From Candidatus Omnitrophota bacterium (lineage in GTDB: Bacteria > Omnitrophota > Gorgyraeia > Gorgyraeales > Gorgyraeaceae), in assembly GCA_018819285.1 (NCBI GenBank), contig JAHJQM010000042.1, positions 45,778-109,777 of the forward strand: 64,000 nt of DNA, given 5' to 3'. Below the pieces are notes generated by a model. It made no database searches. It was not told where the DNA came from and saw nothing but the letters and a program-made list of their open reading frames with translations. Shown piece after piece: positions 39,364 to 50,201 of the stretch (positions are counted from its first letter, which is position 1; each line of letters begins with the position of its first letter). The translations under genes and the position numbers were made by a program.

Positions 39364-41316
39364 TTAAAACGGTCCTTCTGGTTGAAATTTTTGTTGCTTG
39401 AAAAAAAGAATTGCCAACGGCGGTATAACAAGTGAAAGCGAATAAAATTTACCCTGTGAAGGCAGCGGGGCCGCCTCTGTTCCTCCCATATTACCGTATC
39501 CACTGCCGCCATATTCCTTGGCGTCACTGTTCAAGACTTCTTTCCAATATCCTCCCAAGGGAATGCCAATTTTATAATTTGTCCGCGGCACCGGGGTAAA
39601 ATTACAAACCACCAGAATCGGAGAAGCCGATGATTTGGCTCGGCGCATAAAGCTTAGGATCCCCCGTTCCCAATCCTGGCAATCCATCCATTCAAATCCT
39701 TGACCATCAAAATCATTTTCGTGCATCGCTAACTCCGTCTTGTACATATAGTTTAACTCCTTTAACCAACGCTGGAGTTGTTGATGCTTCGGATGTTCCA
39801 AAAGATACCAATCCAAACTGCGGTCATGATCCCATTCCGAACGCTGGCCAAATTCCTGACCCATAAAAAGAAGCTTCTTCCCAGGATGTCCATACATATA
39901 GCCATAAAGCAGCCGCAGATTGGCAAACTTCTGCCAATCATCCCCTGGCATTTTATTAATCAGCGAGCCCTTGCCATGAACAACCTCATCGTGCGAAAGC
40001 GAAAGTAAAAAGTTCTCAGTGAAAGCATACAATAAACTAAAAGTCAGCTGGTTATGATAGAATTTACGGTAAAGAGGGTCCTTGGAAAAATAATCCAATG
40101 TATCGTGCATCCAGCCCATGTTCCATTTCATGCCAAATCCTAATCCGCCCATAAAAGTAGGCCGCGATACCATCGGCCAGGCCGTAGATTCTTCGGCAAT
40201 CATCTGCGTATCTGGATAATTTTGATAAACCTGAAGATTAAGTCTCTTAATAAAATTAACCGCTTCAATATTCTCCCGGCCACCGAACTGGTTAGGAATC
40301 CATTCCCCTGGTTTGCGCGAATAATCCAAATAGAGCATAGATGCCACAGCATCTATGCGCAATCCGTCTATATGATACTTATCCAGCCAGAACAATGCGC
40401 TGCTGGTCAAGAAACTACAAACCTCATTGCGGCCGTAATTAAAGATAAAAGTCTTCCAATCCGGATGAAACCCTTTGCGCGGGTCTGCATGTTCAAATAA
40501 ACTTGTTCCGTCAAAAAACGCCAGCCCATTAGCATCGGAAGGAAAATGAGATGGGACCCAATCCAGGATAACGCCTATCCCGTTTTGATGCAGGTATTCC
40601 ACTAAATACATAAAGTCCTGTGGCAAACCGTAGCGGCTAGTCGGCGCAAAATATCCAAGAGTCTGATAACCCCATGAGCCATAAAAAGGATGTTCCGTAA
40701 GCGGAAGGAACTCTACATGAGTGAAATTCATGTCCCGTAAATATTGGGCTAGTTCCTTTGCGATTTCCCGGTAAGAATAAAACGCATGGCCTTCTTCTTT
40801 TCTCTTCCATGATCCCAGATGAACTTCATAAACCGAAAAAGGCGCTTGTAAGCTGTTTTTTATTTTGCGGTTCTGCATCCAATCTTCATCTTGCCACGAA
40901 AAATCCAGATCCCATATAATCGACGCTGTTTGAGAAGGTATTTCCGCATAGAAAGCAAATGGATCGCGTTTTTCAGAGCGATAATTCTTAAAATTTGAGA
41001 TAATAACATATTTATACAGATCCCCCTTGCGGACTCCTGGAATAAACCCTTCCCATATCCCAGAACCATCTTGTCGCGGAGCCAACTTATGAGCCTGATC
41101 ATTCCATCTATTAAAATCACCTATCACATTGACCGATTTAGCGTTAGGGGCCCAGACACCAAACGAGGCGCCTTCATCACCATTATGAACTCGTAAATGC
41201 GAGCCCAGCTTCTCATAAAGACGAACATGCGTGCCTTCCCGAAAAAGATAAACATCTTGTTCTGTCACCAAAGCCTGGTCGCATCTTATCGGTCCTATCA
41301 CGCGAGATTCGTTCAT
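39364..41316 (-). CDS. glgB: 1,4-alpha-glucan branching enzyme
   Basis: VWAPNA, YEVHLGSW, GSWGYQ, LRIDAVASMLY, AEEST, LSHDEVVHGK. Confidence 0.95.
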   Translation of the reverse strand: MNESRVIGPIRCDQALVTEQDVYLFREGTHVRLYEKLGSHLRVHNGDEGASFGVWAPNAKSVNVIGDFNRWNDQAHKLAPRQDGSGIWEGFIPGVRKGDLYKYVIISNFKNYRSEKRDPFAFYAEIPSQTASIIWDLDFSWQDEDWMQNRKIKNSLQAPFSVYEVHLGSWKRKEEGHAFYSYREIAKELAQYLRDMNFTHVEFLPLTEHPFYGSWGYQTLGYFAPTSRYGLPQDFMYLVEYLHQNGIGVILDWVPSHFPSDANGLAFFDGTSLFEHADPRKGFHPDWKTFIFNYGRNEVCSFLTSSALFWLDKYHIDGLRIDAVASMLYLDYSRKPGEWIPNQFGGRENIEAVNFIKRLNLQVYQNYPDTQMIAEESTAWPMVSRPTFMGGLGFGMKWNMGWMHDTLDYFSKDPLYRKFYHNQLTFSLLYAFTENFLLSLSHDEVVHGKGSLINKMPGDDWQKFANLRLLYGYMYGHPGKKLLFMGQEFGQRSEWDHDRSLDWYLLEHPKHQQLQRWLKELNYMYKTELAMHENDFDGQGFEWMDCQDWERGILSFMRRAKSSASPILVVCNFTPVPRTNYKIGIPLGGYWKEVLNSDAKEYGGSGYGNMGGTEAAPLPSQGKFYSLSLVIPPLAILFFKQQKFQPEGPF

Positions 41317-41360
41317 CTGGATGCCTTCCCTTGTTCTTTAGATTTTGCAGCGCTACTTGC

Positions 41361-44300
41361 CTAAAAATGATTCAAGATATATCTAATCCCTCGAGCCGGA
41401 ATCATCATCCACTGCGGACGATTATTTAGCTCATATCCCAATTCGTAAACAGCCTTGTCCAACAAATATACTTGAAGCAGCATATTCAGTTCTTCCTGCT
41501 CCTTAGGCAAAAAATCTGCGCTGCCAATCGTTGCAAAATACGATTGTAAAAATATTTGGCTTATATGATCATACCAAAATTCCGAGGCAGCATCCAGGAA
41601 TACGACATCTACTTCCCGCACGGATTTATTAAGAAACAGCGTCGCATAGGCAGCATAGTGAAAAGACCTCAGCATCCCAGCAATGTCACGCAAGGCAGAA
41701 CGTTTAATCCGTCGTTCGCTTAAAGACCGTGCCGGCTCGCCTTCAAAATCAATAATCATAAAATCTTTCCCGGTAAAAAGAACCTGGCCCAAATGATAAT
41801 CCCCATGGACGCGAATCCTCTTGGCCTTGAATTTGGTTTGCAAAATAACTTTAAAACGATCGTAAATATCCCTTTCTGCTTCGAGAATAGGCGTAACCTC
41901 TCTTTGGATTTCATCTGGCAATTGATCTACTTTCTTACGTAACAGGCTTAACACTAACCTTGCTTGGCTTCCCATCGACTGATACACTGAGCGCTGATAA
42001 AGCGATGAAAAAGGTTCGGGTTCAAAATCCGGTTGATCTGCCTGAGCAGCCAATTGCTGATGCATCTCAGCAGTCCTCTGACCCAAAAGTTTTATCATCT
42101 CAATATAAAAAGGGTCTATAGCTAGTTTCAGGTCCATTGCCAACGCCGTGGGCAAAGACCCATCCGCAGCTACCGCTACGTTTGGAGCTTCTTTTTCTTT
42201 CGACTTCACTAACACGCGGTCAAAATAGACTCTAATCTGATCCGTAGTATAGCCCCATGCATCAGACTGAACCTGAACATATCCTTGCAGGACGCATAAG
42301 GCCATGGGTTCCGCCTTAGCCCGGCGGTATTCAATAGATCCGGCGAAAGGAGGCGTGTGGGTAAATTTTTTCTGCTCACTTAAGTAACGGGATATCTCAA
42401 TATCAGGATTAATTCCCTCTTCCAGCTTACGGAAACTTTTCATAAAAAACTTGTTATCAAAGACAATCGCAGTGTTGCTCTGCTCTGCCTTGAGAATTCG
42501 GGAAGAAAAACTTTGCTGGGAATCTCCTAGGAAAGATTTAAAATCCTTGCCTGGAAGCCCTAGAATCAAGGATCCGCCCTTTGTAATTTTTCGTTTTTGG
42601 GCAATGATACGAAAAAGCGACTGATGAAACGCCTGATCATAAATACCATCAAAAAGAAAGCCTTCGGTTCCATTAATAATTAATTTGCAAATAATACTCT
42701 GCGGGTAATCCCTAGCGATATACTTATCTTCCTTTGTGTAGACAAACGATATCGGCAATAAATAAGTCTCTGGAGCGCCAGTTACATATTGGACATTCAC
42801 AAAAGCGACTCTTGTGCCTCCGGGTTCCAGCGGAATGATTTCTGAAAAACGAGCCGTGCGGATTAATCTTGCTTTCCCCCCAAACCAGCGGCAACGGTTC
42901 AAATACTCCGGAAGGATTTCTGCCTCGATTTTATGAATAGCTTCTGGCAAAAAAACCTCCTCCCATGAATTTTCAACGCGAAAACCACTTTGCTCAATAT
43001 GCTGAAACGTCGCAGTCCCAGTTCTCTTTAATAAAAACCAGAAATGGCTATACGGTCCCAAAGTCATCATGTAAGGAATATCCTTAATCGTAGGAAAAGC
43101 ATTCTGGCTAAAAACTTCTTCCGGAACATAATCCCGGTATTCTTTCAAGTCCAATTCCACCGCTTGCGCAAACCTGGATAAATTAATCACGACTAACATA
43201 ATCTCATCCCCATAACAGCGGACAAAACTCAAAACTTTCGGATTATCAGGAAAAAGGAACTTAGTGGCTCCTTGGCTAAAAGCTCGGAATCTTTTACGCA
43301 TGGCAATAACTCGTCTCATCCACCACAGCGAAGAAGAAAGATTATTATCTTGCGTCTCGACATTGATAGTTTCATAGTGATATTCTGAATCAATAATGAC
43401 CGGAAGATAAAGCTCTTGTGGGTTCGCTCTTGAAAAACCGGCGTTGCGATCCGGACTCCATTGCATAGGAGTCCTCACGCCATCTCTGTCGCCTAAGAAA
43501 CGGTTATCTCCCATGCCAATCTCATCTCCATAATAAATGATAGGGGTTCCAGGAAGAGAAAAAAGCAGGATGTTGACTAAGTCTATCTTGCGCCTGTTAT
43601 TCCCCAAAAGCGGAACTAATCTACGACGAATACCCAGATTGATCTTTGACCGGGCATCTTTAGCATAAGACCGATACATATAATCTCTTTCCTCATCAGT
43701 AACCATTTCCAGAGTCAATTCATCATGATTCCGCAAAAAAATAGCCCATTGGCAGCTTTGCGGAATGTTGGGAGTTTGTTCTAAAATATCAACTAGCGGA
43801 AAACGATCCTCCATGTGCACGCTCATATAAATACGCGGCATGATTGGAAAATGAAAAGCCATATGACTCTCGTTTCCCTGCCCAAAATAAGCCGCAGCAT
43901 CTTCCGGCCACTGATTAGCCTCAGCTAATAACATCCGGTCTTTGAATTTAGCATCGATATGCTTTCGCAATTTTTGCAGAAATTGGTGCGTTTCCGGAAG
44001 ATTCTCGCAATTTGTCCCATCACGTTCAAATAGGTATGGTACTGCATCCAGGCGTAAGCCATCTACTCCTAAGCCAAACCAAAAATCTGCGATACGAAAG
44101 ATCTCCTTTTGGACATTAGGATTATCAAAATTCAAATCTGGCTGATGCGAGTAAAAACGATGCCAATAATATGCCTTGGTGTCTGCGTCCCAGGTCCAAT
44201 TAGACTGTTCAAAATCCTTAAAAATAATCCTGGCATCAGCATACCGGTCAGGTGTTTTGCTCCAAACATAATAATTGCGATAATTTGAATCCGGCTTCGC

Positions 44301-44681
44301 ATGCCTAGCTCGCTGAAACCATGGATGCTGATCGGATGTATGATTAATGACTAATTCTGTAATAACACGAAGCTTTCGTTGATGCGCTTCCCGTAAAAAT
44401 TCCTTAAAATCCCGCAATGTCCCATATGATGGATTAACATCGTAATAATCCGAGATATCATAACCGTCATCTTTTAAAGGGGAAGGATAAAACGGAAGCA
44501 ACCATATAGCCGATATACCAAGATTCTTTAAGTAATCCAGTTTTTGCGTCAACCCCTGAAAATCACCTACACCGTCTCCATCGCTATCATAGAAAGTTTT
44601 TATGTGCAGCTGGTAAATTATTGCATCTTTATACCAAAACGGATCGCTCTCAAGATAAGTGTTTTCTGTTGCCATTAGCAC
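41361..44681 (-). CDS. treS: trehalose synthase fused to maltokinase (TreS-Mak/Pep2)
   Basis: WYKDAIIY, DDGYD, LRLDAVPY, RNHDELTLE; C-terminal EQSNT, RVHGDYHLGQV, IDFEGEP. Confidence 0.95.
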   Translation of the reverse strand: MLMATENTYLESDPFWYKDAIIYQLHIKTFYDSDGDGVGDFQGLTQKLDYLKNLGISAIWLLPFYPSPLKDDGYDISDYYDVNPSYGTLRDFKEFLREAHQRKLRVITELVINHTSDQHPWFQRARHAKPDSNYRNYYVWSKTPDRYADARIIFKDFEQSNWTWDADTKAYYWHRFYSHQPDLNFDNPNVQKEIFRIADFWFGLGVDGLRLDAVPYLFERDGTNCENLPETHQFLQKLRKHIDAKFKDRMLLAEANQWPEDAAAYFGQGNESHMAFHFPIMPRIYMSVHMEDRFPLVDILEQTPNIPQSCQWAIFLRNHDELTLEMVTDEERDYMYRSYAKDARSKINLGIRRRLVPLLGNNRRKIDLVNILLFSLPGTPIIYYGDEIGMGDNRFLGDRDGVRTPMQWSPDRNAGFSRANPQELYLPVIIDSEYHYETINVETQDNNLSSSLWWMRRVIAMRKRFRAFSQGATKFLFPDNPKVLSFVRCYGDEIMLVVINLSRFAQAVELDLKEYRDYVPEEVFSQNAFPTIKDIPYMMTLGPYSHFWFLLKRTGTATFQHIEQSGFRVENSWEEVFLPEAIHKIEAEILPEYLNRCRWFGGKARLIRTARFSEIIPLEPGGTRVAFVNVQYVTGAPETYLLPISFVYTKEDKYIARDYPQSIICKLIINGTEGFLFDGIYDQAFHQSLFRIIAQKRKITKGGSLILGLPGKDFKSFLGDSQQSFSSRILKAEQSNTAIVFDNKFFMKSFRKLEEGINPDIEISRYLSEQKKFTHTPPFAGSIEYRRAKAEPMALCVLQGYVQVQSDAWGYTTDQIRVYFDRVLVKSKEKEAPNVAVAADGSLPTALAMDLKLAIDPFYIEMIKLLGQRTAEMHQQLAAQADQPDFEPEPFSSLYQRSVYQSMGSQARLVLSLLRKKVDQLPDEIQREVTPILEAERDIYDRFKVILQTKFKAKRIRVHGDYHLGQVLFTGKDFMIIDFEGEPARSLSERRIKRSALRDIAGMLRSFHYAAYATLFLNKSVREVDVVFLDAASEFWYDHISQIFLQSYFATIGSADFLPKEQEELNMLLQVYLLDKAVYELGYELNNRPQWMMIPARGIRYILNHF

Positions 44682-44692
44682 ATCCTTTAATA

Positions 44693-46696
44693 TTACAAGA
44701 AATAATCAAAATCTTCTTCGCGTCGCAGATGCTTCTTGACCAAAATAATATGTGCAGGGCTACGCTGTGGATTTAACTCGATATAGCTTTTATCGCCCTG
44801 CCAGATATATTTATCATCACTCAACAAATCGTGCGCCAGATAAGGCCTATTTTTTTCCAAGCCCAGCTCATCCTTCGGGATCTGAAGCCACCCGACTTGA
44901 GTGTGATGAGGGTCAAGATTTACTACCACGATGATAATATTCGAATAATCCCCGGTTGCTTTATAAAAAGCTAGCAAGTTTTCGTTATCGACTGTGCAAA
45001 ATCGTATATTACGGGTCAATTGCAAACAAGGGTTTTCCTTACGAATTTTATTTAATCTAGCAAGGACATCTTTAAGATGTCCTTGCTTATTCCAATCCCA
45101 TGATTTTATTTCATATTTTTCCGAATCAAGATATTCTTCTTTCTCGGCAAGCGCATCCGAAACACATAACTCAAAAGCTGGTCCGTAAATGCCAAAGTTA
45201 GAAGATAGTGTTGCGGCCAAAACCGCACGCAGGATAAACGCAGGCCTCCCGCCATACTGCAAATGTTCAGGTAAGATATCAGGCGTGTTCGGCCAAAGAT
45301 TCGGTCGAAAATAGTCAGCGACTTCCGTGCTGGTTATTTCGGTCAGATAATCTTCAAATTCTTTTTTCGTATTCCGCCAAGTAAAGTATGTATACGATTG
45401 ACTAAAGCCTCCTTTGGCCAAGCGGAACATAACATTAGGCCGGGTAAACGCTTCGGCCAAAAAAATGACATCCGGACATGTTTTCTTTACTTCAGCGATA
45501 AGCCAATCCCAGAAATAGAATGGCTTAGTATGCGGATTGTCAACACGAAAAATCTTAACTCCCTGCTTAACCCAAAAAAGTACAATATTTTTTAATTCTT
45601 CATAAAGATTTTTTGAGTCCGCTGTTTCAAAATTTAATGGTAGAACATCCTGATATTTCTTTGGAGGATTTTCGGCATACTGTACGGTCCCATCCGGACG
45701 CCACTTGAACCAATCAGGATGCTCTTTTAAATACGGGTGGTCTGGTGAACATTGAAACGCGATATCTAACGCTACAGACAAGCCATGCCCATTGGCCTTT
45801 TTAACAAAACGCTGAAAATCTTCAAGCGAACCTAATTGCGGATGCACCGATTTGTGCCCGCCTTCCTTAGAACCAATGGCCCAAGGAGACCCAGGATCTT
45901 TCGGATTGTATTCCGAAGAATTATTTTTACCTTTGCGATAAGTTATCCCAATAGGATGGATAGGAGGTAAATAAACCACATTGAAACCCATGCGCGCAAT
46001 CTCAGGTAATATTCGTTCGCAATCTTTAAAAGTTCCATGCTTTCCTGGCTGAGAACCCCAAGACCTGGGAAAGAATTCATACCAGCTGCTAAACTGAGCT
46101 AATTTTGACTCTACAATAACCAACAATTCCTTGCCATATAGGGTTCTCTTATCTCTATTTAAATGAGCGTCGAGAATTTCCTGCAATTCTTGATTCATAA
46201 CAAGCGTCAAAGCCTCTTCGGTAGAAATTTGACCAACTAATTTTTTAGCCCATTTCCGTAATTTAACCTCTTCGGGTTTTGAACAACACTCAGCCCTCTC
46301 CTGGATCAACCGAGCCCCGATTTGCAGATCAATCGTTACATCCTGTTTCGCCTCGATTCTCTTCTTTAAATCATTACGCCACGAACTAAATTCCTGAATA
46401 TAGCCACAGATCGAATAAAGGTAGTTCTTTTCTTCTTCAATCGCAAAGGAACCGATCCACTGGTCATTACCCAGAGACTTCATGCGAACCTCTCGCCAAT
46501 CTGTTTCGTCCTGCCGGCGGAAAAGAAGCGTTGCGCATACCTCATCATGCCCATCGATAAAAACAGTAGCCCGCACAACAACTTTTTCGCTCACAATGCG
46601 CTTGATAGGGAATTTTCCTCCGTCAATTTCGGGAGAGACTTTTTCGATTACAATGCGCTGAAATTGTGGAGTATGCGTGTTTGGCATATTAGACAC
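44693..46696 (-). CDS. glgE: alpha-1,4-glucan:maltose-1-phosphate maltosyltransferase
   Basis: WYEFFPRS, YLPPIHPIG, AENPPKKYQD, FRVDNPHTKP, SQSYTYFTWR, SEKYE. Confidence 0.95.
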   Translation of the reverse strand: MSNMPNTHTPQFQRIVIEKVSPEIDGGKFPIKRIVSEKVVVRATVFIDGHDEVCATLLFRRQDETDWREVRMKSLGNDQWIGSFAIEEEKNYLYSICGYIQEFSSWRNDLKKRIEAKQDVTIDLQIGARLIQERAECCSKPEEVKLRKWAKKLVGQISTEEALTLVMNQELQEILDAHLNRDKRTLYGKELLVIVESKLAQFSSWYEFFPRSWGSQPGKHGTFKDCERILPEIARMGFNVVYLPPIHPIGITYRKGKNNSSEYNPKDPGSPWAIGSKEGGHKSVHPQLGSLEDFQRFVKKANGHGLSVALDIAFQCSPDHPYLKEHPDWFKWRPDGTVQYAENPPKKYQDVLPLNFETADSKNLYEELKNIVLFWVKQGVKIFRVDNPHTKPFYFWDWLIAEVKKTCPDVIFLAEAFTRPNVMFRLAKGGFSQSYTYFTWRNTKKEFEDYLTEITSTEVADYFRPNLWPNTPDILPEHLQYGGRPAFILRAVLAATLSSNFGIYGPAFELCVSDALAEKEEYLDSEKYEIKSWDWNKQGHLKDVLARLNKIRKENPCLQLTRNIRFCTVDNENLLAFYKATGDYSNIIIVVVNLDPHHTQVGWLQIPKDELGLEKNRPYLAHDLLSDDKYIWQGDKSYIELNPQRSPAHIILVKKHLRREEDFDYFL

Positions 46697-46970
46697 CCTT
46701 TTTTTGAGTAAAATTTATTTTTAGCCCATATTAAATCTGAGAAAGCATCTAAATAATACAAAATGTACTAGAGTTGTTTATATTATACAGTTTTTAGGCT
46801 TACCAAACAACCGAAAAATTATTTATCTTTACAATAGAGATAAAGGGAGGTTATTTTTGAATTATTATTAGAAATTAAAGAGATTTTGGATTAGAGTTAT
46901 ATTAACTAACCCTTAATATTCTATGTTACGCCTTAACTCTTTTATTTACAATGACTTATGATAAGTATAG

Positions 46971-47087
46971 CTGCGCTAAGTTGTGTAAGTTATAACTCTA
47001 TCTCTTAACGCAAACAAGCCTATTACATAGAACATAACGCCAAATATCAAACAAAAAATGCCGACTGGCGGTTATTTTTTGTTTGAT
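46971..47087. repeat. 111-bp dispersed direct repeat, copy 2, with extended hairpin
   Basis: Matches 27212-27322; perfect 14-bp inverted repeat ATCAAACAAAAAAT/ATTTTTTGTTTGAT (47046-47059/47074-47087). Confidence 0.9.
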
Positions 47088-47304
47088 GCCGCAAAGACTT
47101 TTGCGGCGCAAGAAAATTGGCAAATCAGAGATGGAATTATTCAGGAAATTTGTCCAATATATCCGCTATTTTTTGGCCAGAATATCTCTACCTCTATTGC
47201 ATATAAAGAGATAAGCCATGTCCTATATAAAAACCTGAATAAAGGCTGATTAGACATTATTATTGCCCCTTTATTTTATGTCAAATGCAAATAAAATATA
47301 TATT

Positions 47305-48030
47305 TTACAGATTGCTGTCGTAACCCACCTCTTTAAAAAATTTATCCCTGCCGAATTCTTCAATCAATAATGCAAGCCTCTGCTTCGGCTTAGCGCGGGT
47401 TTTATAGAACCCTACAACTTTTTCTATTAAAGACAAAATCTCGCTTTCGGTAAAAATCTTATCCAGTTTAAAGCCTGTCCTGGGCGTCCTGCCACTACAC
47501 CCTCCCAGATAGATAGTAAAACCTATTCTTTTTTCAGACGAGGCCAAATCAACCTGGCCATGTATCCCTACCTCTGATACCTGAGGTCGCGTGCATCCGT
47601 TTGGGCATCCGGAAATAGCTATTTTGAATTTATGCGGCAGGTCCATGCCGCAGCGCAATCCCAGTTTATTCTCGATCTTATCGTAAATGGAAAATGTATC
47701 CACTAGGCCTGATTTGCACCAGTTGTTCCCAGGGCAACACGTAGTAGTCCTCATCCTGGGGCCTGATGTGCCTGGTTCAATGCCCAGCGATTTTACCCTC
47801 TTCCCTACTTCATCTATATCAGCAAATCTTATGAATGGGATCTCAATGCCCTGCCTAGTGGTCGTGTGCACAAAACCTTTTCCGTAATCGCCTGTTATCT
47901 TTACAATCCCATCAAGGTGCTCTTTTTTAAAAACAGCGTGCGGCATCTTCAATCTAAGAACAAAAAAACCATCCTGTTTCTGTCTCAAGAATCCTCTTTT
48001 TTTCAACGCGTCATAATCAATGGTTTCCAC
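47305..48030 (-). CDS. small siroheme-[4Fe-4S] sulfite reductase (single NIR/SIR unit)
   Basis: HTTTRQGIE, CCPGNNWC and SGCPNGC ligand motifs, LPHKFKIA; lies in a cysH/siroheme operon. Confidence 0.82.
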   Translation of the reverse strand: METIDYDALKKRGFLRQKQDGFFVLRLKMPHAVFKKEHLDGIVKITGDYGKGFVHTTTRQGIEIPFIRFADIDEVGKRVKSLGIEPGTSGPRMRTTTCCPGNNWCKSGLVDTFSIYDKIENKLGLRCGMDLPHKFKIAISGCPNGCTRPQVSEVGIHGQVDLASSEKRIGFTIYLGGCSGRTPRTGFKLDKIFTESEILSLIEKVVGFYKTRAKPKQRLALLIEEFGRDKFFKEVGYDSNL

Positions 48031-48048
48031 AACTTTTCTCCTTTTTTA

Positions 48049-49299
48049 TTAAATCGCGTCCAAAGCTATTTTCGCAACGCAAATAGTTTTTTCAATATCA
48101 GCCCTGGTGTGACTAAAAGAGAGAAAATTCGCCTCGAATTCAGACTGCGCAAAATATACGCCGGATCCTAGGAGTTTCCTGTAAAACCTCTGGAATTGTC
48201 TTTTCTCTTTGAATTTCAGACTGAACATGGAACCAAAATTCTTCACAACCAGTTCAATATTACGCTCTTTTGCTGACTCCCTGATAGATTCGGCAAGATA
48301 TCCTGTTAGTTCGCTGAGGAAGCTGTATCTATTTTTTAATTTTCCCAATTCTCTTAGGGTTGACAGGCCTGATTGCATTACCACAGGATTCCCTGCAAAT
48401 GTAGATGCCTGGTAGACATCGCCCAGGGGCGCCAGATGATTCATTATCTCTTCTTTTGCCCCATACGCTCCTATGGGCAAACCCCCTCCGATAATCTTGC
48501 CAAGGCAGATAATGTCAGGGACAATGCCCAATTTCCAGCTTAGGGAGCCGAAATCAAAACGAAATCCTGTCATAACTTCATCTGCTATCAATAAAGCCCT
48601 ATTTTTCGCAATGATAGCCCTCAGATATTTTAAAAAATCAATATCCGGAGGCATTACCCCGTAATTCCCGCCGCACGGTTCAAATATCACCGCTGCTATT
48701 TTCTTTCCGTGTTTTTTAAAAATATTTCTTACAGCTTTTTTATCACCATATCCGGATATGAGTGTGTCCTTTATAAAATCATGTGGCACACCCGCGCTCG
48801 CAGGAAGCCCTAGCGTTGCAAGTCCGGAACCAGCTTTTACAAGCAGGTAATCTGCATGACCGTGATAAGAGCGCTCGAATTTAAGTATCTTATCCCTCTT
48901 TGTATATCCGCGCGCCAGTCTCACTGCGCCCATAACAGCCTCTGTCCCGGAACTCACAAACCTTATTTTTCCTATAAACGGGATCGCCTTCATGATTATT
49001 TCCGCCAGCCCTACCTCATACTCATTTGTAGTGCCGAAACCCAAGCCGTTTTCAATTACTTTTTTTATATCCTTTATAACGCCTGGATTCGCGTGGCCAA
49101 GGATAAGACTGCCCCACGAAAGCACATAATCTATATACTTATTACCGTCGTAGTCGTAGACTTTTGAATCACGGCCTTTCTTAATTATCAGCGGATCGCA
49201 CCCTGCATAATTAAAAGCGCGCACCGGGCTATTGACGCCACCCACAAGATATTCCCGCGCTTCAGCGAATAATTCAGAATCTATAGTTCTTTTAGCCAT
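48049..49299 (-). CDS. hemL: glutamate-1-semialdehyde 2,1-aminomutase
   Basis: GGVNSPVRAF, SGTEAVM, DEVMTGFR, LGKIIGGGLP. Confidence 0.95.
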   Translation of the reverse strand: MAKRTIDSELFAEAREYLVGGVNSPVRAFNYAGCDPLIIKKGRDSKVYDYDGNKYIDYVLSWGSLILGHANPGVIKDIKKVIENGLGFGTTNEYEVGLAEIIMKAIPFIGKIRFVSSGTEAVMGAVRLARGYTKRDKILKFERSYHGHADYLLVKAGSGLATLGLPASAGVPHDFIKDTLISGYGDKKAVRNIFKKHGKKIAAVIFEPCGGNYGVMPPDIDFLKYLRAIIAKNRALLIADEVMTGFRFDFGSLSWKLGIVPDIICLGKIIGGGLPIGAYGAKEEIMNHLAPLGDVYQASTFAGNPVVMQSGLSTLRELGKLKNRYSFLSELTGYLAESIRESAKERNIELVVKNFGSMFSLKFKEKRQFQRFYRKLLGSGVYFAQSEFEANFLSFSHTRADIEKTICVAKIALDAI

Positions 49300-50201
49300 T
49301 TTGCGACATCCTTAGCGTGATATGTAATTATCAGGTCCGCACCCGCGCGCTTAATAGAAGCTAATATTTCAAAAACCATTTTTTTCTCATCCCACAGGCC
49401 TTGCCTTGCCCCGTATTTCACAAAGGCATATTCACCGCTTACGTTATAAGCGGCCAAAGAATGATTAAATTTCGATCTCGCCTCTTTAATCACATCTAGA
49501 TAACTGAGAGCAGGTTTTACCATCACAATATCCGCCCCTTCCTTTATATCATCCACTATCTTTTTGAGCGCCTGCTTTCCATCCCTAAAATCAAGCTGAT
49601 ACGGCCTTCTATCCCCGGACCGAGGAGCAGAAGAGGCGGCATTGCGGAAAGGCCCGTAGAAATTTGAAGCAAACTTTGCAGAGTACCCCATGATCTTTGT
49701 ATCTTTAAAGCCATTTTTATCTAAAGTTTTTCTTATGGCTGAAACCTGGTTTTTCGCCATAGCTGAAGGCGCCACCCAGTCTGCTCCTGAAGCAGCGTGC
49801 GACAGAGCTATTTTTGAAAGGGCCTCCAGCGTCTTTTTATTGTCAGGCCCTTTTGCGTCTTTTTTTAACACCCTGCAGTGGCCGTGCGTCGTGTAGGCGC
49901 ACAGGCAAACATCGGTCATTACAACAATATCCCTAAACTCCTGTTTAATTTTTTTTACTGCTCTAGCCACAATATTATCTAGTGCGTACGCGCTTCTCGC
50001 ATCAGGATATTTACTTAAAGGTATGCCGAAGAGTAAAATCTTTCTTACGCCAAGCTGCCTCGTCTCTTCAATATCTCCCAGGAGCCTGTCTATAGAAAAC
50101 CTGTAAACGCCCGGAAAAGATTTTATAGCACTTTTTTTATTTACGCCTTCCTGGATAAAATAAGGATAAATCAGGTCATCTTTTGTTATATTTATGCTCA
50201 T
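49281..50201 (-). CDS. hemB: porphobilinogen synthase (Zn type)
   Basis: DVCLCAYTTHGHC, YSAKFASNFYGPFR, MVKPA, YNVSGEY. Confidence 0.95.
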   Translation of the reverse strand: MSINITKDDLIYPYFIQEGVNKKSAIKSFPGVYRFSIDRLLGDIEETRQLGVRKILLFGIPLSKYPDARSAYALDNIVARAVKKIKQEFRDIVVMTDVCLCAYTTHGHCRVLKKDAKGPDNKKTLEALSKIALSHAASGADWVAPSAMAKNQVSAIRKTLDKNGFKDTKIMGYSAKFASNFYGPFRNAASSAPRSGDRRPYQLDFRDGKQALKKIVDDIKEGADIVMVKPALSYLDVIKEARSKFNHSLAAYNVSGEYAFVKYGARQGLWDEKKMVFEILASIKRAGADLIITYHAKDVAKWLKEL

